NCBI GenBank assembly: GCA_027484575.1 | Contig: JAIXSQ010000018.1 | Span: forward strand, 98,700-162,699 | Direction of reading: 5' to 3' | DNA length: 64,000 bases | Source of the DNA: Comamonadaceae bacterium | Lineage (GTDB): Bacteria > Pseudomonadota > Gammaproteobacteria > Burkholderiales > Burkholderiaceae_C | Shown here: piece after piece, positions 44,997-53,672 of the stretch | How positions within the stretch are numbered: the stretch's first letter is position 1 | Layout: the number at the start of each line of letters is the position of its first letter | Program-made: the position numbers and the translations under genes | The notes under the pieces: model-generated | The model's database searches: none | Told to the model about the DNA's origin: nothing | The model's input: the letters and a program-made list of their open reading frames with translations, nothing else

Positions 44997-46662
44997 GGCC
45001 CTGAAGCGGGAGACCACCTCGCTGGCCCTGCAACAGGCCATCGCCTCCGGCCGCTGGGCCATCCCCGCCGGGCTCGTGATCCTCGCGCTCGTGGCGCCCC
45101 AGGTCGGCTACCTGCCGGCGGCCATCGGGGGGGTGGTGCTGGCGACCTGCCTGGCCGTGCGCAACGTGGTGCTGCAGCGCACCCTGGCCCGGATGGGGCG
45201 GGCGCAGCAGGGCGTGCGCGCACTGCTGGTGACCACCACCGGGCTGGGCCTGCTGCTCGGCCTGCTGCCCGCACTGGCCTTCGCGCGCCTGAACGAAGGC
45301 TCCCAGCTGCTGCTGACCATGGTGCTGTGCGTCTGGGCGACCGCCGCGGTGCTGTCCTCGGGCCTGTCCGCATCGGTCTACGGCGGCTACCTCGCGGCGG
45401 TGATGGGCGGGCTGGCGGTGGCCTGGTCGCTCCACGGGCAGGCGAGCGTCGGCCACCTCATGGCGGCCGGGGTGATCCTGTACGGCCTGACGCTGTTCGC
45501 CTTCTCGGTGCACTTCTCGCGCCGCATCGCCGACTCGATCGCGATCCGGGCGGAGAACGCGCAGCTGGTGCGGCAGCTCGCGTCCGCCAACGATGCCAAG
45601 ACCCGCTTCCTGATGGCCGCCAGCCACGACCTGCGCCAGCCGCTGCACGCCCTGGGCCTGATGAGCGCCGGCCTGCTGCGCATGCAGGACCCGCAGGAGA
45701 TCCGCCAGCTGTCCCAGACGCTGGCCGGCTCGGTGCAGAACCTCAACCAGCTGTTCTCGTCCATCCTCGACATCTCGCGCCTGGACAGCGGCGACCTGCG
45801 CGTGAACCTGACCACCTTCAGTCTCGACGCGCTGGTGGCGCAGCTGGACACCGAGTACAGGGCGCTGTGCCTGGCGGCCGAGCGGCGCTGGGAATGCCAG
45901 CTCGAGAGCGTCAGCGTGCGCTCCGACCCGGTGCAGACCGAGCGCTTGCTGCGCAACCTGCTCGACAACGCGCTCAAGCACGGCGGCCGGGGAGCCATCC
46001 GCCTGTCGATCGCCCGCGATGGCGACCAGGCCGTGGTGACCGTGGCCGACACCGGCCCGGGCATCCGGCCCGAGGAGCGCGAGCGCGTGTTCGACGAGTT
46101 CTACCGCAGCGGCAGCAGCGGCCTCGGCCTGGGCCTGTCGATCGTCAAGCGGCTGGCCGACAAGCTCGGCGCGCAGCTCAGGCTGGACTGGACCGACCCG
46201 GCGCATGCGCTGGGGGCGCGCTTCACGGTCCGCCTGCCGGCGGCGCCGGCGGGCGTCGCGCCCGAGGTCATGGACGAGCCCGACGTGGACCTCGCCGGGC
46301 TGTCGGTGCTGGTGCTCGACGACGACCCCAGCATCCTGCAGGCGACCCGCACGCTGCTGCGCAGCTGGGGCTGCCGCGTGGCCACCTGCGCGGGCGCCCA
46401 CGAGCTCGAGACGGCCATGGAACGGCTCGGCGAGGCCGACGTCGCGCTGGTCGACTACCAGCTCGACGGGGGGGAGGTCGGCCCCGAGGTGATCGCCAGG
46501 GCGCAACAGGCCTGGCCCGGCATGAGCACGCTGATCGTCACGGGAGAATCCGACCCGGCACGGCTGGAGCAGTTGCGCGACATGGCGTTCGTGCTGACCA
46601 AGCCGCTGTCGCCTGAGACCTTGCGGCGCGCGCTGGCGGGCGTGCGCAGCGCGGCCAACTGA
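44986..46662 (+). CDS. hybrid sensor histidine kinase (multi-TM sensor, HisKA, HATPase, C-terminal REC)
   Basis: 558 aa with about 5-6 N-terminal TM helices. The H-box is FLMAASHDLRQPLHAL. The N/G boxes are NLLDNALKHG and DTGPGI...GLGLGLSIV. The receiver is VLVLDDDPSI...VDYQLDGG...TKPL. Confidence 0.9.
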   Translation: MDTEALKRETTSLALQQAIASGRWAIPAGLVILALVAPQVGYLPAAIGGVVLATCLAVRNVVLQRTLARMGRAQQGVRALLVTTTGLGLLLGLLPALAFARLNEGSQLLLTMVLCVWATAAVLSSGLSASVYGGYLAAVMGGLAVAWSLHGQASVGHLMAAGVILYGLTLFAFSVHFSRRIADSIAIRAENAQLVRQLASANDAKTRFLMAASHDLRQPLHALGLMSAGLLRMQDPQEIRQLSQTLAGSVQNLNQLFSSILDISRLDSGDLRVNLTTFSLDALVAQLDTEYRALCLAAERRWECQLESVSVRSDPVQTERLLRNLLDNALKHGGRGAIRLSIARDGDQAVVTVADTGPGIRPEERERVFDEFYRSGSSGLGLGLSIVKRLADKLGAQLRLDWTDPAHALGARFTVRLPAAPAGVAPEVMDEPDVDLAGLSVLVLDDDPSILQATRTLLRSWGCRVATCAGAHELETAMERLGEADVALVDYQLDGGEVGPEVIARAQQAWPGMSTLIVTGESDPARLEQLRDMAFVLTKPLSPETLRRALAGVRSAAN

Positions 46663-46718
46663 ACGACGGACACACAAGCGGGTGCCGGCGCTGGCAGCGC
46701 CGGCCAGGGGGAGAACAC

Positions 46719-49700
46719 ATGGGATGGTTGTCGCGGCCGGCCGAGGAACTGCTGGCCGGCGCCGGGGCAGGGCAGACCTTGGACGTGCTGGTTGCGGGCT
46801 CGGGCTACGGCGGGGCGGTGGCGGCCTTGCGGCTGGCCCAGGCCGGCCGTCGCGTGACGGTCGTCGAACGCGGCCAGGAGTTCCAAGCCGGTGAGTTCCC
46901 GTCCCAGGTCGGCGAGATCGGCACCCGGATGCGGGTGGAGCTGAGCGACGCGCAGGGCGTGCGGGCGATGGGGCAGGAATCGGCCCTGTTCGACTTCCGC
47001 GTGGGCGACGGCGTGGCCGCCATGGTGGGCAACGGCCTGGGCGGCGGCAGCCTGGTGAACGCGGGCGTGGGCGTCGAGGCCGACCCGCGGGTGTTCACCG
47101 AATCCGGCTGGCCGCAGGCCCTGCGCGAGGGGCTCGGTCCCTGGTACGCCCGGGCGCGCGAGACCCTCGAACTGCAGCGCCCCGACGGGCCGGAGGCCGG
47201 CGTCGCCGGCCAGCGGATCGTGGGCTCGGCCAAGTACGCGGCCTTGCGGCGCTTCGCCGAGCAGTCCGGCGGCCGCTTCGAGGTGGCCGACATCGCGGTG
47301 GAGCTGCGCGACGCGCCGCCGCAGGCGCTGGGCCGCCGCGCGCCCTGCAACGGCTGCGGCGACTGCGTGACCGGCTGCAACCACCACGCCAAGCTCAGCC
47401 TGACCGCCACCTACCTGCCGCGCGCGTTCCAGGCCGGGGCCCGCCTCTACACCGGCCTGACCGTGCTGGCGGTCGAACCGCTGCCCGCCGGCGCCGCCGA
47501 CGGCGCGTGCTGGGCGGTGCACTGCGTGCGCACCGGCGAGCGCGCCGACCTGGCGGCCGGGGTGCCCGCCGCGGGCCTGGTGCAGGTGTTGCGGGTTCGC
47601 ACGGTGGTGCTCGCGGCGGGCGCCTTCGGCTCCACCGAGATCCTCGCGCGGTCGCAGGCCCGCCACGGCCTGCCACTGGCCGCGGCGCAGTTGGGCCGGC
47701 GCGTGTCCACGAACGGCGACGACATCGCGCAGGGCTGGGACCTGCCCCACCCGGTGCATGCGGTCGGCGCTGGCGCGGCCCCCGTGCACACCTTCACCGG
47801 CCCGACCATCACCGGCATCGTGCGGCTGGGCGAGCCGTCCGGCCCGCTGCAGCAGCAGACCGTGGTCGAGGACGGCGCGGTGCCCGGCCTGCTGGGCACC
47901 TTCGCCGCCGAACTCGGCGCCGCGTTGTCGCTGCTGCCCCGGCTGGCAGGGGCCGGCTGGCCCCGCGGCGCTGCACGCGACCCGATGGCGGCCAGCCCCG
48001 ACGCGCTGCGGCGCAGCCTGACGCTGCTGGGCATGGGGCACGACAGCGCCGGCGGCGAACTGGCCTGGGAGCCGCGCGGGGGCCGGCTGCGCTGGCGCTG
48101 GGTCGGCGAGCCCGAGCCGCTGGCCCAGGTCCACGGCACCCGCCAGCAGGCGATCGCCGCCGACGGCGGCGTCTTCCTGCCCAACCCCGGCACCAGCCTC
48201 GGGCTGGAGGCCTTCGGCGTCGCCACGCCGGCGGCCATGCGCCGGCTGATCACGGTGCACCCGCTGGGCGGCTGCCGGATGGGCGATGGCCCCGACAGCG
48301 GGGTGGTGGACCATGTGGGCACCGTCTTCCATGCCGACGGCAGCCGCCTGGAGGGCCTGCACGTGCTGGACGGCTCCATCGTGCCGTCGCCGCTGGGCGT
48401 CAACCCGCTGCTCACCATCACGGCGCTGGCCGAGCGCGCCTGCGCGTGGATGGTGGGCCACGGCGAAGGCGCGGTGCCGGGCGAGGCCGCCCCGCCCGCG
48501 CGTGACCTGCCCCGGCCCGAGGCGCTGCCGCCCGAGCACCGCATCCCGGTCGTGCAGCCGCTGGGCGGCACGCTGGCCGAGGTGCTGCGCGGCGATCTCG
48601 TGGCGCAGGGCCAGGGCCTGCCGGGCTCGGGCGCCCGCACCGGCGCGGCGCTCTTCCTGCGCTTCCCGGTCCCGTCGTGGCGCGACCTGATGGCCGACCC
48701 GGCGCACCGCGCCGAGGTGGAGCCCGGCGACGTGCCGGGCAGCCCCTACGACCGGTCGCGGCTCGTGCTGGACCTGCCGGGCGGCACCGTCAGCTGGCCG
48801 GTGCTGGCCGGCAGCCATGCGGCCGTCTTCCGCGCCAGGCCGCTGGGACCCCTGGCCCGGCTGGACACGACCGTCCGCCTGGGGTTGCGCGCGTGGATCG
48901 ACACCGGCTGGCCCCTGCTGCACAGCCGCGGCACCGGGGGCCTGCGCCATGCCTGGCGCGGCCTGCGCCTGTACGCGCGCACGCTGGCCAACGCGACCGA
49001 GGTGCGCGAGTTCGTGTACACGCTGCGGTTGCAGGGCCCTGGCGGCGACTGGTCGCTGGCGGGCCTGAAGACCATCGATGCGGCGCCCGGCTGGCCCGCG
49101 CTGCGGCACTGGCTGGCGCACTGGGGACGCGCCCGGCTGCGGCAGCTGGTGGGCGGTCCGCGTGCACCCTGGCCGGCCGTCGAGGCCCCCAGCCTCTGGA
49201 CGCAGATGACCGAGGCGCAGGTGCAGTTGCGCGACCCGCAGGGCCGGCTGTGTGCCCAGGGGCGCGTCGCCATGGACGTGGCCGACGTCGCCCGGCACCT
49301 CACGCCGCAGCTGGGGGAGGAGGGCGACAGCCTGCAGGCCTTGCAGGCCTTCGCGGCCTACCCGCTGTTCATCGCCCGCGTGCTCGCGCGCAACCGCCTG
49401 CTGCTGTGGTTGCGCGGGCCGGCCCTGCTGCCCGGGCTGCCGGCCACCGACCCGGCCACCGGCCCCGCCGGATCGGGCGGCGGCTTCATCGACGAGGCGG
49501 ACGCCTGGCCGGCGCTGCAGGTGGGCGGCCGCACCCATCCGGCCTTGCGCCATGTGCTGCCGGTGCGGCAGGCGCCGGGCGTGCAGGCGCGCATTCCGGT
49601 CTGCCTGGTGCGCTACCGGCCTGCCGGCGGCGTGCCGCAGGTGCAGCCCTGCACGCGCTGGGGGCGCCAGCGCGTGCGCAGCATCGTCCTGCTCAACGGC

Positions 49701-52700
49701 TTCGCCCAGAGCTCGCACGGCCTCACCGCCCTGGGCGCCCTGGGCGAGCAGGACCTGGTGCGGCAGCTGCTCGCCGAGGGCTGGGACGTGTGGGTGCTGG
49801 AGTACCGGGTCAGCCCGCTGCTGCGCGCCTCGGCCCGCATGGCCAGCATGGACGACATCGCCGAGTACGACCTGCCCGCCGCCATCCGCCACGTGCGCGC
49901 GGTCGTCGAGCAGGAGTGCGGCCTGCCCGAGCGGTCCAGCCAGGTGCATGCGTTCAGCCACTGCGTCGGGTCGGCCTCGCTGGCGATGTCGATCCTGGGC
50001 GGGCACCTCGCAGACCCGCCCGCGCAGGCAGGCGGGGTGCCGGTGCCCTGGCTGGCCGGCGTGCTGCTGTCGCAGTTCCATCCCATCGTGGTCGGTTCGG
50101 CCAGCGCGCAGCAGCGGCTGCAGATGGGCAGCCTGCTGCACGACGTGCTGGGCCGCGAACTGCTGCAGTTCACCGCGGGCACGGCGCGCCCCGACGCGCT
50201 GCATGCCGCGCTCGACCGCCTGTTCATGCAGCTGCCCTGGAAGGACTGGGGCGACACGCACGGCGGCCCCGACCCCGTGCCCGGCGAGCATTGCGGGCCG
50301 GCCGACGACGACCTGCTGGACCCCAGCCCCGAGGCCACGACCTGCCGCCGCATGGGCGGCATCCTCAGCCGCCTGTACAACCACGCGCAGCTGGGCGCGC
50401 TGCACGGCCGGCTGGACGAGTTCTTCGGCCGCGCCAACCTGGGCGTGTTCCTGCACGGCACGCGCTGCGTGCAGTACGAGCGGCTGGTCAACGCGCAGGG
50501 CCAGGACGTCTACGTGACCGGCCGCCGCATCGGCCGCTACCTCACCATGCCGGTGATGCTGCTGCACGGCCGTGACAACGCGCTGTTCGACCGCGAGTCG
50601 CTGCAGCGCGCGGCCCTGCAGCTGGCCCGCGGCGCGCACGACCCCGCCGGCGACGCCCCCGGGCCGCCGGCGGTGGTCTGCCACGGCGTGGCCGGATTCG
50701 CGCACTTCGACTGCACGGTGGGCCGCGAGGCGCCGCAGCGCATCCTGCAGCCCGTGGCGCGCTTCTTCGATGCGGCCTTCCGCGACGGCGGCCAGCCGCC
50801 CGCCGGCAGTGCCGACTGGCCCGTGGTGCGCACCCGTTCGGCACCGCGCACGCTGGGCCGCCTGCCACGCACCGGGCCGATCGCCGGCTGGACCCGCCGC
50901 GCGTCGCAGGGCGGCTGGCTCCTGCGTCTGTGGTTCGAGGCCGACCTCACCGCCGGGGACCGCGCGCTGTGCGGCATCACCCGCCTGTGCTGGACGCAGG
51001 GTGGGCAGCGGCACGAGCGCGTGCAGACCTGGGACCTGCATTTCTCCGAGCCGCTGGCCGAGCCGGGCAGCGACCACGGCCCGCGTCGCGACACGCTGCT
51101 GCGGCAGGTGTCGATCGGCTACGCGCTGGCCGACCTCGAACTGCCCGAGGGCGCGCAGGACGTGGCAGTGCAGGCGCTGACGGTGCATGCCCTGCAGGGC
51201 CGCTTGCCGGCGGCCGCGCACGCCGCGGCCATGGCACCGCTGCTGCCGCCCGGCTGGTCGACGCCGCTGCACCCGGCCGAGACCGCGCCGGAGCTCGAGC
51301 TGCTGCGCTGGCCCGACGGGCGCGACCTGCGGCGCTGGCTGGTGCCGCAGCCGCAACCCCATCCCGCCGACGCGCAGCGGCCCCGCTACCGCGCCCGGCG
51401 CCAGGAGGACATGGACGAGCGGCTGCCGCACCGCATCCTGCCGGTCGAGACGCTGGAGCCGCTGCTGTTCGCCACCCTGTGGGACGCGGTGCAGGCACAG
51501 GCACGGCGCCAGGATGCGCGGGCCCGGCAGGCCGACCCGCGGACCTTGTCGCGGCGCCGGCGCCAGCTGGCCACGCCCGACGCCGGCTGGCTGCGCTGGA
51601 CGCCGCCGGCATCCGATGCCGCCCCCGGCCTGCGCATGCTGGCGGCAGCCTGCCGCTACCCCGGCGTGGTCGAGGCCGAGCGCGCGCGGGCCGACCTGTC
51701 GCTGTGGCAGGCGGCGCGCCTGGCCCCCGGTGCCCGCTTCATGGCCCTGCTGGGGGACCAGATCTATGCCGACGCGCGGGCCGGCCTGTTCGACGGCGCC
51801 TCCGAGGTGGAGCGGCTGGTGCCGCGGTACCGGGGCGCCTTCGGCTCACCGGGCTTCCGCGCCGTGGCGGCGCGGCTGCCGATTGCGATGGTGCTGGACG
51901 ACCATGAACTGGACGACAACTGGAGCCTGGACCACCTGGCCCTGCCCGGGGGCGCGCTGCGGCAGCGCAATGCGCTGCGCGCGTACCACGCGTTCCAGCG
52001 GGCGCACGGGTCGGCCGTGCCGTCCAACGGCACCGGCGATGCCTACCTCGAGCACGATGGCATCCACGTGCTGTTCGTCGACAGCCGCACGGGCCGGCGG
52101 CGGCGCGGCGAGCGCTGCATCCTGCAGGAGGTCCAGTGGGCCTCGCTCGACGCGGCGCTGGCGCAGGCGGTGCACACCCGGCCGGGCATGCCGGTGGTGA
52201 TCTGCACCGGCTCGGTGGTGGCCCCTGGCGTGCGCGAGGGCGATGCGCAGCCGCCGCCGCGCGACACGCTGGACACCTGGCAGCTGGCGCCGCAGGACCG
52301 CGCGCGCCTGCTGGGACTGCTGGTGCAGCACCGCGTCGAGCGGGCGGTGCTGCTGTCGAGCGACTACCACTGCAGCACGCTGGCCACGCTCACGCTGCCT
52401 GGCGGCCTGTCGGTGCGGGCGATCACCACGCCGCCGCTGCACGCGCCGCTGCCGTTCGCGAACCTGCGGCCACGCGAGTTGCTGCTGCACGAGCGGATCC
52501 CGCTGGGTCCGCTGGGCGAGGCACAGGTGCGGCTGGACTGGGCGGCCGAGGGCGATGGCGTGCTGGACCTGGGCCTGGAGCCGACCGCCGGCGGCGGCTG
52601 GATGCTGCGCACCAGCTTCTGGCTGCGGCGCATGGACGGGCCCACGCCCGACACGCACCTGGAGGTGGTGCGGCGCTGTCAGCTGGGCTCGGACGCGGCC

Positions 52701-52754
52701 TGGGGGGAGCCGGCGCCGGCCGTGGACGAGCTGCGCTTCTTCGCCAAGGCGTAG
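46719..52754 (+). CDS. 2011-aa multidomain protein: GMC (cholesterol-oxidase-like) flavoprotein + alpha/beta-hydrolase + PhoD-like metallophosphatase
   Basis: A single uninterrupted ORF with GGGGGAG upstream. N-terminal FAD fold VLVAGSGYGGAVAALRLAQAG; CNGCGDCVTGCNHHAKLS; GMC C-terminus HPLGGCRMG...LHVLDGSIVPSPLGVNPLLTITALAER. The middle domain has LLNGFAQSS...VHAFSHCVGSAS. The C-terminal domain has GPIAGWT...LWFEAD, LLGDQIYAD, VLDDHELDDNW and LLSSDYH. Confidence 0.85.
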   Translation: MGWLSRPAEELLAGAGAGQTLDVLVAGSGYGGAVAALRLAQAGRRVTVVERGQEFQAGEFPSQVGEIGTRMRVELSDAQGVRAMGQESALFDFRVGDGVAAMVGNGLGGGSLVNAGVGVEADPRVFTESGWPQALREGLGPWYARARETLELQRPDGPEAGVAGQRIVGSAKYAALRRFAEQSGGRFEVADIAVELRDAPPQALGRRAPCNGCGDCVTGCNHHAKLSLTATYLPRAFQAGARLYTGLTVLAVEPLPAGAADGACWAVHCVRTGERADLAAGVPAAGLVQVLRVRTVVLAAGAFGSTEILARSQARHGLPLAAAQLGRRVSTNGDDIAQGWDLPHPVHAVGAGAAPVHTFTGPTITGIVRLGEPSGPLQQQTVVEDGAVPGLLGTFAAELGAALSLLPRLAGAGWPRGAARDPMAASPDALRRSLTLLGMGHDSAGGELAWEPRGGRLRWRWVGEPEPLAQVHGTRQQAIAADGGVFLPNPGTSLGLEAFGVATPAAMRRLITVHPLGGCRMGDGPDSGVVDHVGTVFHADGSRLEGLHVLDGSIVPSPLGVNPLLTITALAERACAWMVGHGEGAVPGEAAPPARDLPRPEALPPEHRIPVVQPLGGTLAEVLRGDLVAQGQGLPGSGARTGAALFLRFPVPSWRDLMADPAHRAEVEPGDVPGSPYDRSRLVLDLPGGTVSWPVLAGSHAAVFRARPLGPLARLDTTVRLGLRAWIDTGWPLLHSRGTGGLRHAWRGLRLYARTLANATEVREFVYTLRLQGPGGDWSLAGLKTIDAAPGWPALRHWLAHWGRARLRQLVGGPRAPWPAVEAPSLWTQMTEAQVQLRDPQGRLCAQGRVAMDVADVARHLTPQLGEEGDSLQALQAFAAYPLFIARVLARNRLLLWLRGPALLPGLPATDPATGPAGSGGGFIDEADAWPALQVGGRTHPALRHVLPVRQAPGVQARIPVCLVRYRPAGGVPQVQPCTRWGRQRVRSIVLLNGFAQSSHGLTALGALGEQDLVRQLLAEGWDVWVLEYRVSPLLRASARMASMDDIAEYDLPAAIRHVRAVVEQECGLPERSSQVHAFSHCVGSASLAMSILGGHLADPPAQAGGVPVPWLAGVLLSQFHPIVVGSASAQQRLQMGSLLHDVLGRELLQFTAGTARPDALHAALDRLFMQLPWKDWGDTHGGPDPVPGEHCGPADDDLLDPSPEATTCRRMGGILSRLYNHAQLGALHGRLDEFFGRANLGVFLHGTRCVQYERLVNAQGQDVYVTGRRIGRYLTMPVMLLHGRDNALFDRESLQRAALQLARGAHDPAGDAPGPPAVVCHGVAGFAHFDCTVGREAPQRILQPVARFFDAAFRDGGQPPAGSADWPVVRTRSAPRTLGRLPRTGPIAGWTRRASQGGWLLRLWFEADLTAGDRALCGITRLCWTQGGQRHERVQTWDLHFSEPLAEPGSDHGPRRDTLLRQVSIGYALADLELPEGAQDVAVQALTVHALQGRLPAAAHAAAMAPLLPPGWSTPLHPAETAPELELLRWPDGRDLRRWLVPQPQPHPADAQRPRYRARRQEDMDERLPHRILPVETLEPLLFATLWDAVQAQARRQDARARQADPRTLSRRRRQLATPDAGWLRWTPPASDAAPGLRMLAAACRYPGVVEAERARADLSLWQAARLAPGARFMALLGDQIYADARAGLFDGASEVERLVPRYRGAFGSPGFRAVAARLPIAMVLDDHELDDNWSLDHLALPGGALRQRNALRAYHAFQRAHGSAVPSNGTGDAYLEHDGIHVLFVDSRTGRRRRGERCILQEVQWASLDAALAQAVHTRPGMPVVICTGSVVAPGVREGDAQPPPRDTLDTWQLAPQDRARLLGLLVQHRVERAVLLSSDYHCSTLATLTLPGGLSVRAITTPPLHAPLPFANLRPRELLLHERIPLGPLGEAQVRLDWAAEGDGVLDLGLEPTAGGGWMLRTSFWLRRMDGPTPDTHLEVVRRCQLGSDAAWGEPAPAVDELRFFAKA

Positions 52755-53578
52755 GCGGTCGCCACCAGCAGCTGGGTCAGGCCGTAGAGGCCTGCGATGG
52801 CCGCCACGTCGAGACGGCCCAGCACGCCGATGGCGATGCCCAGCGCGATGGAGACGTTCTGCACGCCGGTCTTGAGCGCCAGCGTGGTGCGCTGCGCGGC
52901 GGCCAGGCCGCACGCCGCGGCCAGCAGGCCGCCGATGGCCAGCGCCGCCGCGTTGGTGCCCAGCAGCGGGAGCGCGGCGCCGGTGGCGGCCGTGGCGAGC
53001 AGCTTCCACTGCGACGCGACCGCGCCCAGCAGCAGCACGACGAACAGGATGCCGGCCAGCTTGCCCAAGGCCGGCCGGATGCGCTCGGCCAGCGCGTGGT
53101 GTCGGCGCTGCAGCCACAGCCCGGCCAGCAGCGGCGCCACCACCATCACCAGCAGGCTCTGGAACACGGCCAGGGGGGTGACCACCTGGATCCCCTGGCC
53201 GGTCGTGGCCTGCAGCAGGCTGGGCAGCGCCAGCGGCATGACGGCCGCCGACAGCAGGGTGCCGATCACCGTGAGCAGCAGGGCCAGGGCGACGTCGCCG
53301 CGCGCCACGTGCGTGAGGTAGTTGGAGGTCGGGCCGCTGGGGGTCAGCGACACCAGGCACAAGGCGGTCAGCAGCACCGGATCGCGGACGAGGCCGGACA
53401 GGGCCAGCGCCAGCACGATGCACGGCACCACCGCCAGCTGGACCGCCAGCCCCGCCACCAGGGGGCGGCCCCCTTCCACGGCGCGCCGGAAATGCTCCGG
53501 CTGCAACTGGATGCTGATCGACAAGGTCAGCACGCCCACGGCCACCTGGATCGCCAGCGCTGCGAGCCCTTCGCTCAT
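52679..53578 (-). CDS. bile acid:sodium symporter (BASS/SBF) family transporter
   Basis: ORF 52679..53692(-), with the start moved to the ATG at 53578 (MSEGLAALAIQVAVGV). It is polytopic and carries LVSLTPSGPTSNYLTHVARGDVAL and TLALKTGVQNVSIAL. The last 76 nt overlap the 3' end of the giant ORF on the other strand. Confidence 0.82.
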   Translation of the reverse strand: MSEGLAALAIQVAVGVLTLSISIQLQPEHFRRAVEGGRPLVAGLAVQLAVVPCIVLALALSGLVRDPVLLTALCLVSLTPSGPTSNYLTHVARGDVALALLLTVIGTLLSAAVMPLALPSLLQATTGQGIQVVTPLAVFQSLLVMVVAPLLAGLWLQRRHHALAERIRPALGKLAGILFVVLLLGAVASQWKLLATAATGAALPLLGTNAAALAIGGLLAAACGLAAAQRTTLALKTGVQNVSIALGIAIGVLGRLDVAAIAGLYGLTQLLVATAYALAKKRSSSTAGAGSPQAASEPS

Positions 53579-53672
53579 CCCGATCTCCCCGCTCAGTGTT
53601 CTTGGCGCGGCAGTGTAACGACGGGGTTGCGAGCACGACCGCAAGCCCCCATGGGCGACAATGGCGCCCGCC

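Noticed and set aside
46455-51431. 1658-aa ORF on the minus strand opposite the giant gene
   Set aside because: The plus-strand frame carries GMC, alpha/beta-hydrolase and PhoD signatures. The minus-strand translation is Arg/Ala/Gly-rich and motif-free, so it is a shadow ORF.
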